A stretch of 63,630 nucleotides of DNA, filler included, from Octopus bimaculoides (taxonomy: Eukaryota): NCBI RefSeq assembly GCF_001194135.2. It is 6 parts of 6 records of this genome, joined end to end, with 100 filler letters (N's around TTAATTAATTAA, not from the genome) between each part and the next. Parts side by side here need not be neighbours in the genome. Positions count along the whole stretch, not along the records: positions 39,077 to 52,228 come from NC_068990.1; positions 52,329 to 60,984 come from NC_068996.1; 4 more parts are not named here. The stretch is one strand, 5' to 3'. The translations under genes and the position numbers were made by a program. Within the stretch, counting starts at the first letter, position 1. Every line of letters begins with the position of its first letter. Below, piece by piece: positions 47,856 to 60,330 of the stretch. The notes below the pieces were generated by a model, which had not been told where the DNA came from, did no database searches, and saw only the letters and a program-made list of their open reading frames with translations.

Positions 47856-49899
47856 CCAAACCACTTTGTTTGGAACTTAGCTGTTCTTTCTCGCATGCAA
47901 GGAATCCTATGACGGATACCTCGAATGTGTTTAAATGTACACTGTATTTATATGAATAATATATAGTCTATGGACTAATTTTTCTACACGCTAGACCACT
48001 GGTAGTAGAAATTTCTAATATTTCTTATTACCCTTGATATTATTAATTATATATATATATAGACAGACAGACAGACAGACAGATATATACAACAGGCGGA
48101 TCTAGTTTTTTTTTTGTAATTCCCAAAATATGCATTTTTTAAAAGAGTGCAAAAATCTGAAAATCGGCTATAATAATGTAGCTTTCCAATCTCTGTAAAG
48201 AAAAAGAAAAGCATTCTACTTGTCTGTTTAAGAGGTCGTCATTTCTGTTAAGAGGTGGTCGTAAATAATATTTCATAGTTCTCTATTGTACATTGTTTGC
48301 ATGGTGTTTTTGTTTTTAAATTACCAGTGTAGAACGAGCCTTTAACTACGACATAAATTTACAGAGTGAAGCGTCATTGCAGCTATTTTGATTGCACAAA
48401 ATTCAAATATGATACAAAATCTGAAATTTGAAGAGTTTCGAATTAAGCAAAATGTTTGTCTTAGATAGATTGTTTGTTTCAACTGTTGCCTGCAATACAA
48501 TAGAATTCATATGACATTTAGAGTCTATAAGACATTTATTAGGATTAATTCAGTTACTTGAGTTTGTGTTAATGTTGAATGAAGTACTGATATTTTGTGG
48601 CAAATGAGATGTTGAATATGATAATTTAATGTTATTTTTCTCAAAATGTTTGTAATATTTATCCTTTATTCCAGATTAATCAAATACACTTTTGATTCTC
48701 ATTACAGAAATATCATAATTGTAAGAAACTCCTGGAACACCACTGGCTGAATAAACCACCAAGCGAAACTTGAAGTCCTAGGAAAAATAATTTCGTAAAT
48801 TTGGTTCTATTATTAGTATTTCGTTTCCCGTCAGTAAATATTCCGTTGCTAACTTTAAAATAACGAAGCAATTAACACTTATATACAAATGTGTGTGTAT
48901 GTATGTGTGTGTGTGTGTGTGCGCGTGCGTAGGTATATTCCAACATACAAATATGCAGACATTGTTCTTATGTATTTTTTGTAAGATTCTGATGTGAAAT
49001 CGCATTTAATGTAGTTTGAAAGGGACTTCTTACAAATAAAGACACACGCACTCGCTTTAATTCACTTCTGATTTGTTATTCAATTAATTGCTTTGACAAT
49101 GTTTTCGTCTCCCTACTGCCACCTTATCATTGACTTCAATCACTCGCATTTGCACTGTGCGAATTTCTCAAAATGTAACCTTTCTTTGTGTGTATTTTTC
49201 TGTAGACTGCTTGGCAAGAGATTTTAATGTTTTCTTTGGCTTTCATTGTTTTTATTCCGTCCATCCATACATTACGAATGTGTGCGTGTGTGAAAGTGTA
49301 TTGCCTTGATGTTCTGCCAAGTGGTTAGTTGTAATTTTCGTTCATATCATTAATCAGTCTAGTCAGAGCGACTTAACCTATCGTCTGCTTCTCTTATCGA
49401 GTAGTTTCATAGTACCTGTGTTCCCAACGTACACACACACACACAAACTCACAAGCACATGCACACTCACAGATACTGCACCTGTAGACTAAGTAAAACT
49501 AAAAGTACGCAATACAAAGTGTAAAATAAAAGAAGAAATACATACAAGGTAACCTTTTATAGGCAGAGTTTCATGATTAATACAAACGGTCATGCTTTAT
49601 TCAACCATCTCTGTTCACTACCGTGTCATCCGTGGACTCATGGACAACCATTAATCCCACAGAATTGTACGTTTTACGTCCGTCTTCCATTTTTACTGTC
49701 TTTGTAGCACCCCTGTTCTTTTATCATCTCTCACTTTACCGACCAACTCCTCCTCCTTGCCAACTGTGTGTAGATATGCACACATAGATGTCCGTATGCA
49801 TGAGTGTGGCAACTCATAAGTGTATGTATAGATGCTTGCAGTGTGTGTGTATATATATATGTGTGTGTGTGTGTGTGCGTGTGCGTGTGTGTGTGTGTA

Positions 49900-50070
49900 T
49901 ATATGGGAGAATGTACGAAAAAACAACAACAGACGAGGACAGGTGGTATAAATAACAAAAGGATGTATTAGTATGACGCTCGGGAATACGGAAAGTCTTT
50001 GACGTTTCGAGCTACGCTCTTCAACAGAAAGAATACGGAGACAAGGAGAAAAACACGGAGAAAAAAAATT
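49900..50070 (-). mobile_element. Hammerhead-bearing repeat family E
   Basis: Closely similar to 11110-11285. Confidence 0.8.
49996..50032 (-). ncRNA. Minimal type I hammerhead variant (37 nt)
   Basis: UCUUU-CUGUUGA-A-GAG/CGUAG/CUC-GAA-ACGU-C^AAAGA; GUC site. Confidence 0.68.
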
Positions 50071-50099
50071 GAATAGTGTTCAGTCAACGGTCAATCATA

Positions 50100-50123
<24 letters not shown>

Positions 50124-50132
<9 letters not shown>

Positions 50133-50649
50133 ACTTACATTCACAAATGTGTTGATGGTGTATAAGTGTAGGCGCTGCATTTGTGCAGGCATAAACACTG
50201 GAAAGTATGTATATGCATGCATAACGACATAAATGTATTGTGAATTTATACCCGGATGCAAATGGATGGATAGGAAGGAAGGAATGAAGCAGGAATAAAA
50301 GGACACAAGCNNNNNNNNNNACGTTAAAAAAATTCAGAAACCTCGAAAGACATGAAAGAAATCGCTTTTAACAGTGGAACTCGAAGCTGATAAAGCTATA
50401 ATAATAGTGTGTCGAAATGGGTTAAAAACAAACAAACGAAAAAATCCTGGATGGAAAAACTCGAACCTACATCTTTCGCTAACATAACAGACGTTCTTAC
50501 CGTCGTACCAAAGCAATTCTTGGAATTTCATCTCCATTTTAGAAGCTTTGTTCTTACCAGCGAGAATTATGTTGTTTACGTCATAAGAACTTAGAAAATC
50601 GCTTTCAATTGTGGAACTCGAAGTAGACAAAGCTATAACAGCGCGCGCA

Positions 50650-50689
<40 letters not shown>

Positions 50690-50867
50690 ACTTACATTCA
50701 CAAATGTGTTGATGGTGTATAAGTGTAGGCGCTGCATTTGTGCAGGCATAAACACTGGAAAGTATGTATATGCATGCATAACGACATAAATGTATTGTGA
50801 ATTTATACCCGGATGCAAATGGATGGATAGGAAGGAAGGAATGAAGCAGGAATAAAAGGACACAAGC
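50124..50867. repeat. 187-bp apparently identical direct duplication (50124-50310 and 50681-50867) across a 10-N gap
   Basis: 557-bp offset; the first copy ends exactly at the gap. Confidence 0.9.
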
Positions 50868-50989
50868 AGTTTGCATTCTGAATTCAAATTCCCTTTGAGG
50901 ACAATTTTACTTTCATTGTCAGGTAAAGAAGAGTTTATAAACAAAGCACCAGTGAAACTACATAGGTACAAATATAACAGACGAAATTT

Positions 50990-51372
50990 TTTTGTTTCAG
51001 TCGTTCGACTGCGGCCATGCTGGGGCACCGCGTCGAAGGGTTTTAGTCGAGCAAATCGGCCCCAGGACTTATGTTTTTTCAAGCTTGTTACTTATCACAT
51101 CACTCCCTTTTGCCGGATGTTTAAGTTATTGGGGACGTAAACAAAAAAACAAAAACCGGTTGTCAAGAGGAGGTTGAGGACAAACACGGGCACAGACACG
51201 CACATATATATATATATACGACATGATTCGTTCAGTTTCCGTCTACTAAATCCACTCATAACGTTTTGGTCAGCTGAAGGCAATAGCAGAAGACACTTGT
51301 GGAAGGTCCCACACAGTGGAAGTAAACCCAGAACCATGTGGTCGAGGAGCAAGCTTCTTACCGCACAGCCAG
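50990..51372 (-). mobile_element. SINE family B, near full length
   Basis: Colinear with 10241-10630. Confidence 0.85.
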
Positions 51373-51384
51373 ATGTGTGCATCC

Positions 51385-51530
51385 TTATCTTTTAACGTCC
51401 ATGTTCCATACGGGCATGGGTTGGATGGTTTGATAAGATCTACTAACCCAGAGGTCTCCATCATGCTCTGGTGCCTACTTTGGTAGAGCCCCTACGATAG
51501 GATGACCTTCCAAATGCCACGAACTTTATA
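51385..51530. mobile_element. Decayed repeat resembling an RTE-type 3' UTR
   Basis: TTTTAACGTCCATGTTCCATACGGGCATGGGTTGGATGG...GGATGACCTTCCAAATGCC; recalled resemblance only. Confidence 0.35.
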
Positions 51531-52272
51531 GAATGTGGCACCACCATTAATGAGACCACGTAGGTTGAAGATTAAAAACTCCTTTGACAAAGCGGGGCTT
51601 ACAGTAGAAAGAAAACTGGCTTCATTCGAGATGAGGGGGTTAATATACGAGATTTGGGTGGGGTGGGGTAGAACAGAAGAGATATCTTGCTGGAGGGGAG
51701 AGTAACATGGCAATATCAGAAATCAATATTCAGTTACCAGCAGCAAATATGAATTTAGAGTATAATTGGTTATAAGAGTAAGAGGGGGAAAAAAAAAAAA
51801 GAAAAAAAAGATACTGAGTAAAGAACGCAAAGCCTGAAGAATTTTCCAAAACTTTAATAAACTATCCAGATAATGCTTGCAGCATTTTCAGGAGAAAGTC
51901 TGCTAACATTAACTTCTTTAGGCTGACAACATCCTGCAGTGCTTTCTCTTCGTTATTTTTAGTCATTGGTTCGTTCATCAATGCAGTTTTATTTAATTTT
52001 CTTTATTAAATATTGTTTGTGTTTTATTATTATTATTGTTATGAATTTTTTTTTAAATATCATTTAAAAAAAAACTTTATTATTTTTTTTTTTATTTTCT
52101 CCCAATCGTCCCACCCCCTTATTTCCCGTTCCCCACCCTCACCTCACTTCCCATCAGTTCTTTATTCTTTAATCATTGATTCAAAAATTAAAATAGGAAC
52201 ATTCCAGCTAGTATTTATTTATTTATTANNNNNNNNNNNNNNNNNNNNNNNNNNNNNNNNNNNNNNNNNNNN

Positions 52273-52284
52273 TTAATTAATTAA
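52273..52284. other. Artificial scaffold linker TTAATTAATTAA
   Basis: Embedded in a 100-bp N block. Confidence 0.95.
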
Positions 52285-52336
52285 NNNNNNNNNNNNNNNN
52301 NNNNNNNNNNNNNNNNNNNNNNNNNNNNGTATGTAT

Positions 52337-52720
52337 GAGGAGGCGCAATGGCCCAGTGGTAAGGGCAGCGGACTCGCGGTCATAGGATCGCGGTTTCGAT
52401 TCCCAGACCGGGCGTTGTGAGTGTTTATTGAGCGAAAGCACCTAAAGCTCCTCGAGGCTCCATCAGGGGATGGTGGCGAACCCTGCTGTACTCTTCCACC
52501 ACAACTTTCTCTCACTCTTACTTCCTGTTTCTGTTGTGTCTGTAATTCAAAGGGTCAGCCTTGTCACACTGTGTCACGCTGAATATCCCTGAGAACTACG
52601 TTAAGGGTACACGTGTCTGTGGAGTGCTCAGCCACTTGCACGTTAATTTCACGAGCAGGCTGTTCCGTTGATCGGATCAACTGGAACCCTCGACGCCGTA
52701 AGCGACGGAGTGCCAACAAC
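52337..52720 (+). mobile_element. SINE family C, full length
   Basis: Closely similar to 43431-43814 and 20194-20567. Confidence 0.92.
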
Positions 52721-52908
52721 GAAACAAATGTATGTATGTATGTATGTATGTATGTATTATGTATGTATGTATGTATGTATGTATGTATGTGTGTGTGTTT
52801 GCATGTATATATGATGAAATCCACTTGGTCATGCGTCCTCATATAATACATACACACGTACACACACACATATGGTTTTCTGTACATTTTGAACCATATA
52901 TATAGTGT

Positions 52909-52957
<49 letters not shown>

Positions 52958-53228
52958 TGTGTATGTGTGCTGCTCCGAGATGGTTAGATCAACCCAAAAA
53001 GTACTCCATTTGGCGAGAGATATATATTATCTAATAAATACAATTTATGTATTCATGTATTACTGTTAGTTTATGTGCTGAGAGCATGTCAAACAGTGTT
53101 TTAAACACGACTGGTGTCCTAGCACAATCGTCAGACACTGCCGACATTTTCTTACGAACTAGTTTCAGCACATGAAACTAATAGCAGATAGATACATGCA
53201 TTATGTTTATTAAATACATTTATATATA

Positions 53229-53439
53229 TATAGGGTGGTGAACAGTTCCAGGTATTGAATAAGAGAAATACAGAAAAATCAGTTAATTGTGATTTAATTT
53301 AACAAATTCACAATTTGTCAAATTCACAGTTTTTCCTTCAGTTTTTCTATGGACTAGAAAAGAATTCGGAAGGTTGGAACTCCGAACATTCCTGTCGCCA
53401 CACCCTTAAAGCCAGGAAAATCTTCTGCATCCCCTCGTA
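53229..53439. mobile_element. Mariner-type MITE (~210 bp)
   Basis: Right TIR AAAGCCAGGAAAATCTTCTGCATCCCCTCGTA; degenerate left TIR; interior like 22449-22645. Confidence 0.7.
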
Positions 53440-53880
53440 ATTTTCACAATAAAATGCTTTTTTCAATATTTTTTATTCCATATCAGACCATGTCTTCTTC
53501 GTTGGAAAGGCCTCTTCATGACGACTGATTTCTGCATTATTTGGGGCAATTTATAATGTATCGATAAACAAAGTTTTTTTCTTTTAATTTGATGACATAG
53601 ATGTAAAGATTTTTCTGAAATCGCTGTTGACGCTCTGTGAGGTTCTTTCGACTCTCTCACCCTAATTAAATTCCATATACACATAAATGCATACTCACAC
53701 ATATGTGCACGTGCAAGATCACATACGCGCATGCTCAAGCACACACACAAATAAACACACACACACATGCACGCACACACAAACACACAACACACGTGCA
53801 CAAGCGCGCGCGCACACACACACACAGACTCAGTGGTTTAAAGTTTCATGATTTTTATCCAATCAGAAAACAGGGTTTGG

Positions 53881-54137
53881 AATTTACATTATTTACATTT
53901 GACGGATATTTTTGCTCATCTTGTTTGTTGTTAACACAACGTCTCGGCTAATATGCCCTCCAACTTTCTTCAGGTGTCTTGGGGAAATTTCAAACCTGGG
54001 TCCTCATTTTCCCAAGACACCTGATGAAGGCTGGAGTGGGTATCAGCTGAAACGTTGTGTTAACAACAAACAAGATGAGGACAAATATCCGTCGAATGTA
54101 AATAATGTACATAATTCCTCATCTCTTAAATATAGAA
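53881..54137. mobile_element. Two family F copies joined head-to-head (minus 53881-54009, plus 54008-54137)
   Basis: The arms are reverse-complement homologues and both carry the CCCAAGACACCTGA(T/A)GA motif. Confidence 0.85.
54016..54061 (+). ncRNA. Minimal type I hammerhead variant, core intact
   Basis: GACAC-CUGAUGA-A-GGCUG/loop/CAGCU-GAA-ACGU-U^GUGUU. Confidence 0.72.
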
Positions 54138-54378
54138 GTGTACAGGGTTTGGAAGTTAGCATTTTCTGCGCGATGATGTCTATCACAAAATGAAAACAAA
54201 GACATTAAGTTGATAATGTTTTGTTTTAAACAAAATTAAAGTAAACATTACAACGACGAAGTTTCAATAAGTTCTAATGATTAAAGTCATGTGAAACTGT
54301 GGAACAGGCACGCAAATAATTTATACTCTCTTGATATTGCATTATATGTTATATCAAGAAAGAGAAAAGGAGAGGAAG

Positions 54379-54421
<43 letters not shown>

Positions 54422-54680
54422 GAGAGATAGAGAAACAGACAAACAAACAGATAGAGAAATGTAGATTTGGCGATCTAATAGTTGAGTTATTTCATTAGAA
54501 AATATTTTGGGATTAAGTATAACCGAAAATCCGTTTTATTCGAGGACCGTTTCGAAGCCTTTCCGCGATATACACATATAGATATACTCATACATTGTCA
54601 GGTATATAAGAAATATAAAATTTATGTATATGTGTATCATTTAGAAGTCGATAAACAAAGTACTAGTCCAGTATTGAAAT

Positions 54681-54867
54681 CGAACTGGCAGAAACGTTAG
54701 CACGCCGGGCAAAATGCTCACGTTCTGAGTTCAAATTCCGCCGAGGTCGACTTTGCCTTTCATCCTTTCGGGGTCGATAAATTAAGTACCAGTTGTGTAC
54801 TGGGATCGATCTAATCGACTGGCCCCCTCCCCCAAAATTTCGGGCCTTGTGCCTAGAGCAGAAAGGA
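54681..54867 (+). mobile_element. SINE family A
   Basis: CTGGCAGAAACGTTAGCACGCCGGGC...GCCTTTCATCCTTTCGGGGTCGATAAATTAAGTACC. Confidence 0.9.
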
Positions 54868-55499
54868 GTAGTGAAATCGATTTTCTGTTCCTCTCATGAC
54901 TGTTTCTGCTATTCAAATGTCTAATCTTGTCAGTTTTTATGGCGTTTCTTTACTACAGGAAATTAATTTAGGAACACTTGGCCGCAAACATATTAATTTC
55001 AGGTTTAGAATATTGGTTGATCGAACTGTTTTATGCTCGTTATCAACAGAGACATAAAATCTACCATACGCGCATGCTCGCTCACACACACATATACACA
55101 GAAACTTCAGGTATATAGTATTGTAGCTTCCCATTTCTTTTAAACTTCACTCTTTCTTTATTCCTGTTTTCTTTCCTTTATTAATATCAAGATTATGTTC
55201 AAATAAAGAACATGTCTATGTTGCTAATAAGTGCTACAGGATTTGATGTTCCTAGAACCCTCGAACAAACATTTTTCTTTATAAAAACTAACGAAGTGAA
55301 TTAAAAATGTTATTTTCGCCAACAAATGTCTTAGTAAGATTTTAAGGTTTCAAAATGCAAATATCTAAAATGTTGCTCTTCACATAAGTATATTAATAGT
55401 TATAATTAAGAATGTGATAAAGAAACTGACGTGTGAATGTAAATATAATTTGAGGAATTTCAACCATGTTTCGTGGTCTGCTACCACAACAGCTCCTTT

Positions 55500-56220
55500 A
55501 TAGGATCCAGTTAGCTGAAGACATCATCAGGAGGAACCACGTCCGGTTTCGGCCCCTACTCCTCTACCGTTTTGACGTGGCGGGGCCCCTCCTTTCGGAG
55601 GTGTCTTCAGCTCTGGTGTTGGGTGCATGTCTTCTTTCTTCTATTCCCTGGCCTCTTCGATGCAGCATCAACGAGTGTCAGCGTCCGACTGATCGTCGTG
55701 TTTTGTTCGTCGTCGCCTTTGAATTTGGTGGTCATTCTTGATACCTCGTTGTCGAATTTTTTATAACTTGCTGCGTCATTTGCTTTCGGCTACTTAATCT
55801 TTGTCTTCTTCACGCCTATCACTGTTTGTGACTGTTCTAATTCAACTGTGGAATGTCCCTCGCTGTGGTTATTTTCCCGGAGGTTCTGGCCACACGTCTA
55901 ACGGTTCATCAACCCGCGCTGTTGAATTACTTTCTTCTGACATACCTTCCCTTGGTGGATTCTGAGCCCGATGTAACTAGCAAACACCTTTCCGCAGCAG
56001 CTGAATTCCTCGTCTACCACTCCTTTACCGCATCCTTTCTCATTATCCATTTCCGGTCCAAGTCTGTTTCGTTTTTTTCCGTCCCTATTTGATCCTTTAT
56101 TCTCCCCCCGTGGTCCGGGATCATGGGGACATGATTTCCCATGCTTTTTCGTTGCAATTTTACCCCGGATCGGGCTGCAAGCCCATTGATCCTTCGTTAC
56201 GCTGTCGTACTGAAGAAGGA
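55500..56220 (-). mobile_element. Internally deleted HERO/NeSL-like non-LTR element (5' UTR, N-terminal zinc finger, 3' UTR-like end)
   Basis: FSCCGKVFASYIGLRIHQGKVC zinc finger and KIK*PKANDAASYKKFDNEV, resembling HERO-clade N-termini; no RT follows; structured GC-rich ends. Confidence 0.6.
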
Positions 56221-57247
56221 AAATATAAGATTCACTGGATCCTGTACAGGTTCATAGCTCCTAAAGTATTTCTGTCTTTGTAATCTTTTTTTTTTTAATA
56301 TACCACTACTGTTTATCCTCTTGTGATCTCCAACGATGGAATGTTATTTGTCAATATTCAAAACAATGAGTGACCTTGGTAGTGTGAGTTTATCATTCAT
56401 TACGGGCAAATTTTATTGTGAGCGTTAGAGTCACAGCTGACCGACTTCACTGTGTGTTCTTGGCCACATCAACATACTGTCAAAGGCTCAGATAACTACG
56501 TACATGGATTCAAGACACTATACATGATACGGCTTGTTTCATAAATATCCCATAAAATGCTGAGTTCAACGACTGATATGTTCAATATCTAGAGTGGCAT
56601 ATGACCTACGCATACTAAAATTGAAATATGTGTATGCATGTGTATATACATGTGGATACAAACTGGATCTTTGTGGTTTTCGTCACTGTTTACTATATTC
56701 TTAAAAAAAATTTTTTATGTATCATATAGGTGTAATTTTTGACGCTGGATCTGAATTTGTTATTCATTTATTCCAGAAAAAAATTTGAGAGAATGTTACA
56801 GGTGGTTAAAGTTTAATAATTTTCAGAATTTTCAGTCAATCAGAAAACAGCGCGTTCGCTGCCTCTTCCGGTATCAGGAGTAGGGGTGGAGGAATCGGTA
56901 TGTCAAAACATTAAACTAACTACAGTGAACAGTGAAAAACATGAAAACATTCGCGAGCAAATTGAATATTTTAAAGCTATGAACAAACCAACAGGAGTAG
57001 CTAGAAATAACAGTCAAAACATTGTTTACAACAGACATTTATTAGTTAAAAAATTTCAAGAATAAAAGTTTGCAATACACTCTAGGATTTTATAAAATAA
57101 ATTATCTTTCTCGTATTTCCTTCTCCACATAGGAGAGGTTTAAAGCTGTGGCCATTGTTCTTAAATCAAATTTCTTCTATTATAAAAAAAAAACAATTAT
57201 AGAATACGTTGTGTTTACACTCCTTGTGTGCATGCATGGAATCTTTG

Positions 57248-57369
57248 GTTACTATGGAAACAGAGTTCTTCGTAATCAGCAGTGTAATACGTGGTGCTTC
57301 TTTGCATTGGTTACTACGGAAACAGAGTCTTTCGCCATGGTGATGTGCAAAATACTCGCTCCTGATTGG
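57248..57369. promoter_or_regulatory. Two RFX X-box-like motifs plus a CCAAT box
   Basis: GTTACTATGGAAAC 57248-57261, GTTACTACGGAAAC 57310-57323, CTGATTGG 57362-57369. Confidence 0.35.
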
Positions 57370-57670
57370 CTAAAATACCCAAATTTTGCAAAGGCTAATA
57401 ACTTTTTAATTATGGATTTATAGGAAAAATGAATTTCATTTCCAACTTAATCCATTTACCAAGTTTGAAAATAATTGGAACAAAATTGTAAACTGTGACG
57501 AAGACCACAAAGATCCTACACGTGTATAATATGGAATTTATAATATATGAATGTATACACACGCACACGCTCACTTGTACGCAAGCACACACAGACACAG
57601 CACACACAGACGCAGCACACACACGCATATACATTCATACATATATGTATATATATATATATAGATATAG

Positions 57671-57920
57671 ATATCGTTGCTATTATGCAAAAGTGTCGTA
57701 AGTCCAAGACGTTGACTTTTCAGAAGACGAAAAAAAATAGTTTCAGCATTTCATATCAAAATTGTTGTACTACACTTGGATAATTTTTGATATCTTGACA
57801 TCTGAAGAGGCTGGAGATACGATAGTTTGACCAAGAGAACCGGCTATTGCAAGCGAAAATGAATATGGAAAAAAAATGCAAGTTTGGACATACGATAGTT
57901 TAACATAATAGCAACGATAT
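57671..57920. mobile_element. MITE, 250 bp, perfect 17-bp TIRs
   Basis: ATATCGTTGCTATTATG 57671-57687 / CATAATAGCAACGATAT 57904-57920. Confidence 0.88.
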
Positions 57921-57959
57921 GTGTGTGTATGTATATTCATATACATACACTTACATATT

Positions 57960-60330
57960 TCGCAGTACCAAAGTACGGGCTGACCATGAAATGCTATCGT
58001 ACACCGCTGGTCACATTGTGCCTCCAGTTCTGTCTGGATTGCGCCATTCTTTTCCATGTTGACCCAAATTGCTTAAATAAATCGTCTTCTCATTGTCGTG
58101 ATGATATTCCAAGTGGACTTTTCCAGTCCCTTCCTTGGGTATAAGAGCGCGTGTAGGATGGTGTTATTGAAGAGTCTGTCATGAATGGTATTATCTATAT
58201 TTGTTTGGAGCACATCCTTTAGTCAATTAAATTCCTTCCGTCCTGCCATTATTATCTTTGAGATTTCCTCAACCATATGTAGGAGCATATTCACTGCGTG
58301 TCCTAAGTCTACGTACTTGTTTACCTCCTCGGTTTCATCGTTTCCCATCTTTATTCGGCCTTAGGCTACGTCTTTCAAGCATATATATTTTGTTTCAATG
58401 CGGTTCTACTGCTAAGCTATAACTGTCCAACTCTGCAACTGGCCTGATATCAGTGACAAGTAAAATGTCGTCTGTGACTCGGAGATGTGTTAGTGGCTCA
58501 CCATTGATGTTTACACCTCCTGTTCAGTTAATGTTCTTGATGACCATTTCTAGATATGTGGTAAAGAGGTTTGGACACTCTTCCAAACTTAAATCTTTGC
58601 TAGTGGTAATAGCAGAGCTATATCTGTTGTGCATCCAAAGATTTGATCTCTTTGATACATTTCGGCTCGATATCTTGCTTTCCGGATATTTCAACACTGC
58701 GTTCATCTCGACGCTATGAAAGGCTTTTTTCGTAATCAACAAAAGCAATACAGAGGAAACTTGTATTTGATTCGCTCGTTCTATGTGTTGTGTTAGAGGG
58801 AATATGTTGCCTATTGTACTGTAGGTCTTATGGAAACCTGCTCACTCTTTCGGCTATTGGTCGTCCGGAAGTTTCGACTAGGACCTTCGTAAACTGCTTA
58901 TAGAGTTGAGAAAAGAGACATATGTGGCGATAGTCTTTTAAATCTTTCTTTTCTCCCTTTTCTCCTAAAGCAAGATGATATTTGACTCCTTCTACTGTGA
59001 GGGTATCTTACCATCCTTTACATAGCAACTAAGGCGTAGAATGAGGCTTTTCCACAATTCTTTACTCCTGCATCTTAACATTACTGTTGTGATGCCATAT
59101 TTCCCAGGAGCTTTGTCTGCTTTAATCAATTAGAAAGCATTTTCAATTTCACTTACCAGAATAGGTGACACTTCTTTCAACGTTTGTGGTGGTGGATGAT
59201 CGAGCTTCACTAATGATTTTAAAAAGTTGGTATAGAAAGTTTTGCAAACAACTTTAATCTCCCCTCTGTCCCAGTGCGATCATCTTTCTTCTTAAGCGCC
59301 GTCATCTTTGATATGTAGAGTGCCAACACAACCCTGCATCTTTTTAGATTTCTCCTCTCTCTTCAACTTGCATCAGTTTCTTCCATCTTGAAAGATTTTC
59401 TTAAATGTTTCCTGATCGCTTTGCATTGAACGGAATACTCGAGGTGGTCTTTCATGTTCCTCTTCATTGGCTTCCGTTTCTATAGCATGTTCTTCGTCTC
59501 CACCGAGATTCTTCCGCCAGGCTTCCGTTGGTTTACAGCTTTTTGCTTTCCAGATGTAACTTCTAATTTTCTGGACCAGCAAATTATAGTCCTCATCGTG
59601 CTCTTCAATTTGACTCCAAATTTCCTTCTTGATAGCTTCCTGCAACTACATTATTTACATTTGACAGACATTTTCCCTCATCTTGTTTTGGCTGATATAC
59701 CCTCCGTCAAATGTAAATAATGTAAGTATTGTACATAATTCCACATCTCTTAAATATAGAACTGTAATTTCCTGCAACTACTTTGCAACAATATCCTTAA
59801 CGTGTTGATCCTTCATTGAGATATGCAGAGCCATTTTCTTTTTGATTTCATTCATCCCAATCTTCGCCTGTAGTAAGCAATGATCACTTCGTGCAGTATG
59901 TACGGGTTGTCGGCAAGGATATAGTCAGTTCCATTTTTGTTTTGAGCATTTTAAGCTATCCAGATCCATATCCTTCTAGGTTGCTTCTTAAGTATACCGT
60001 TCCCAGTATAAAGTTCTCTTGTTTCTGCCGTAGTAACTAAAGCGTCCTCTTTTGTTTCTCTGTCTTGATCCAAACTTACCAACATATTTCTCACCCTGAC
60101 ATCCTTTTCTAACCTTTGCGAAGAAATTTGTGACTAAGGCGTAAGTGGATTTATGAGCTACCACTTTTCCTAGCACTTGGAAGAATTCTTCTACTTCATC
60201 TTTCTGGGAGCAGAGATCTGGGCGATCTTCAGAGTAGCACTTCTTGAGAGACGAACGTTTAGCATGCTCGTGATTTCTGTATATTATATGCCTCATTTGT
60301 TTTTGTGTAGTGGCGGCAGTTTGTTATTGT
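57960..60330 (-). mobile_element. RTE-clade LINE, decayed (APE plus RT)
   Basis: FFAKVRKGCQGEKYVGKFGSRQRNKRG (APE), KKAFHSVEMNAVLK (RT), C-terminal DDLFKQFGSTWKRMAQSRQNWR. Confidence 0.85.
59660..59770. mobile_element. Rearranged family F fragment inserted in the RTE LINE
   Basis: CATCTTGTTTTGGCTGATATACCCTCC (minus arm) fused to CCGTCAAATGTAAATAATGTA...CATCTCTTAAATATAGAA (plus arm). Confidence 0.75.

Noticed and set aside
47401-47896. Homopolymer-run ORFs resembling a transcription factor low-complexity region
   Set aside because: Compound trinucleotide array with no splice or domain support.
54530-54600. Minus-strand GAAACGGUC as a hammerhead 3' half
   Set aside because: No CUGANGA core or stem II upstream.
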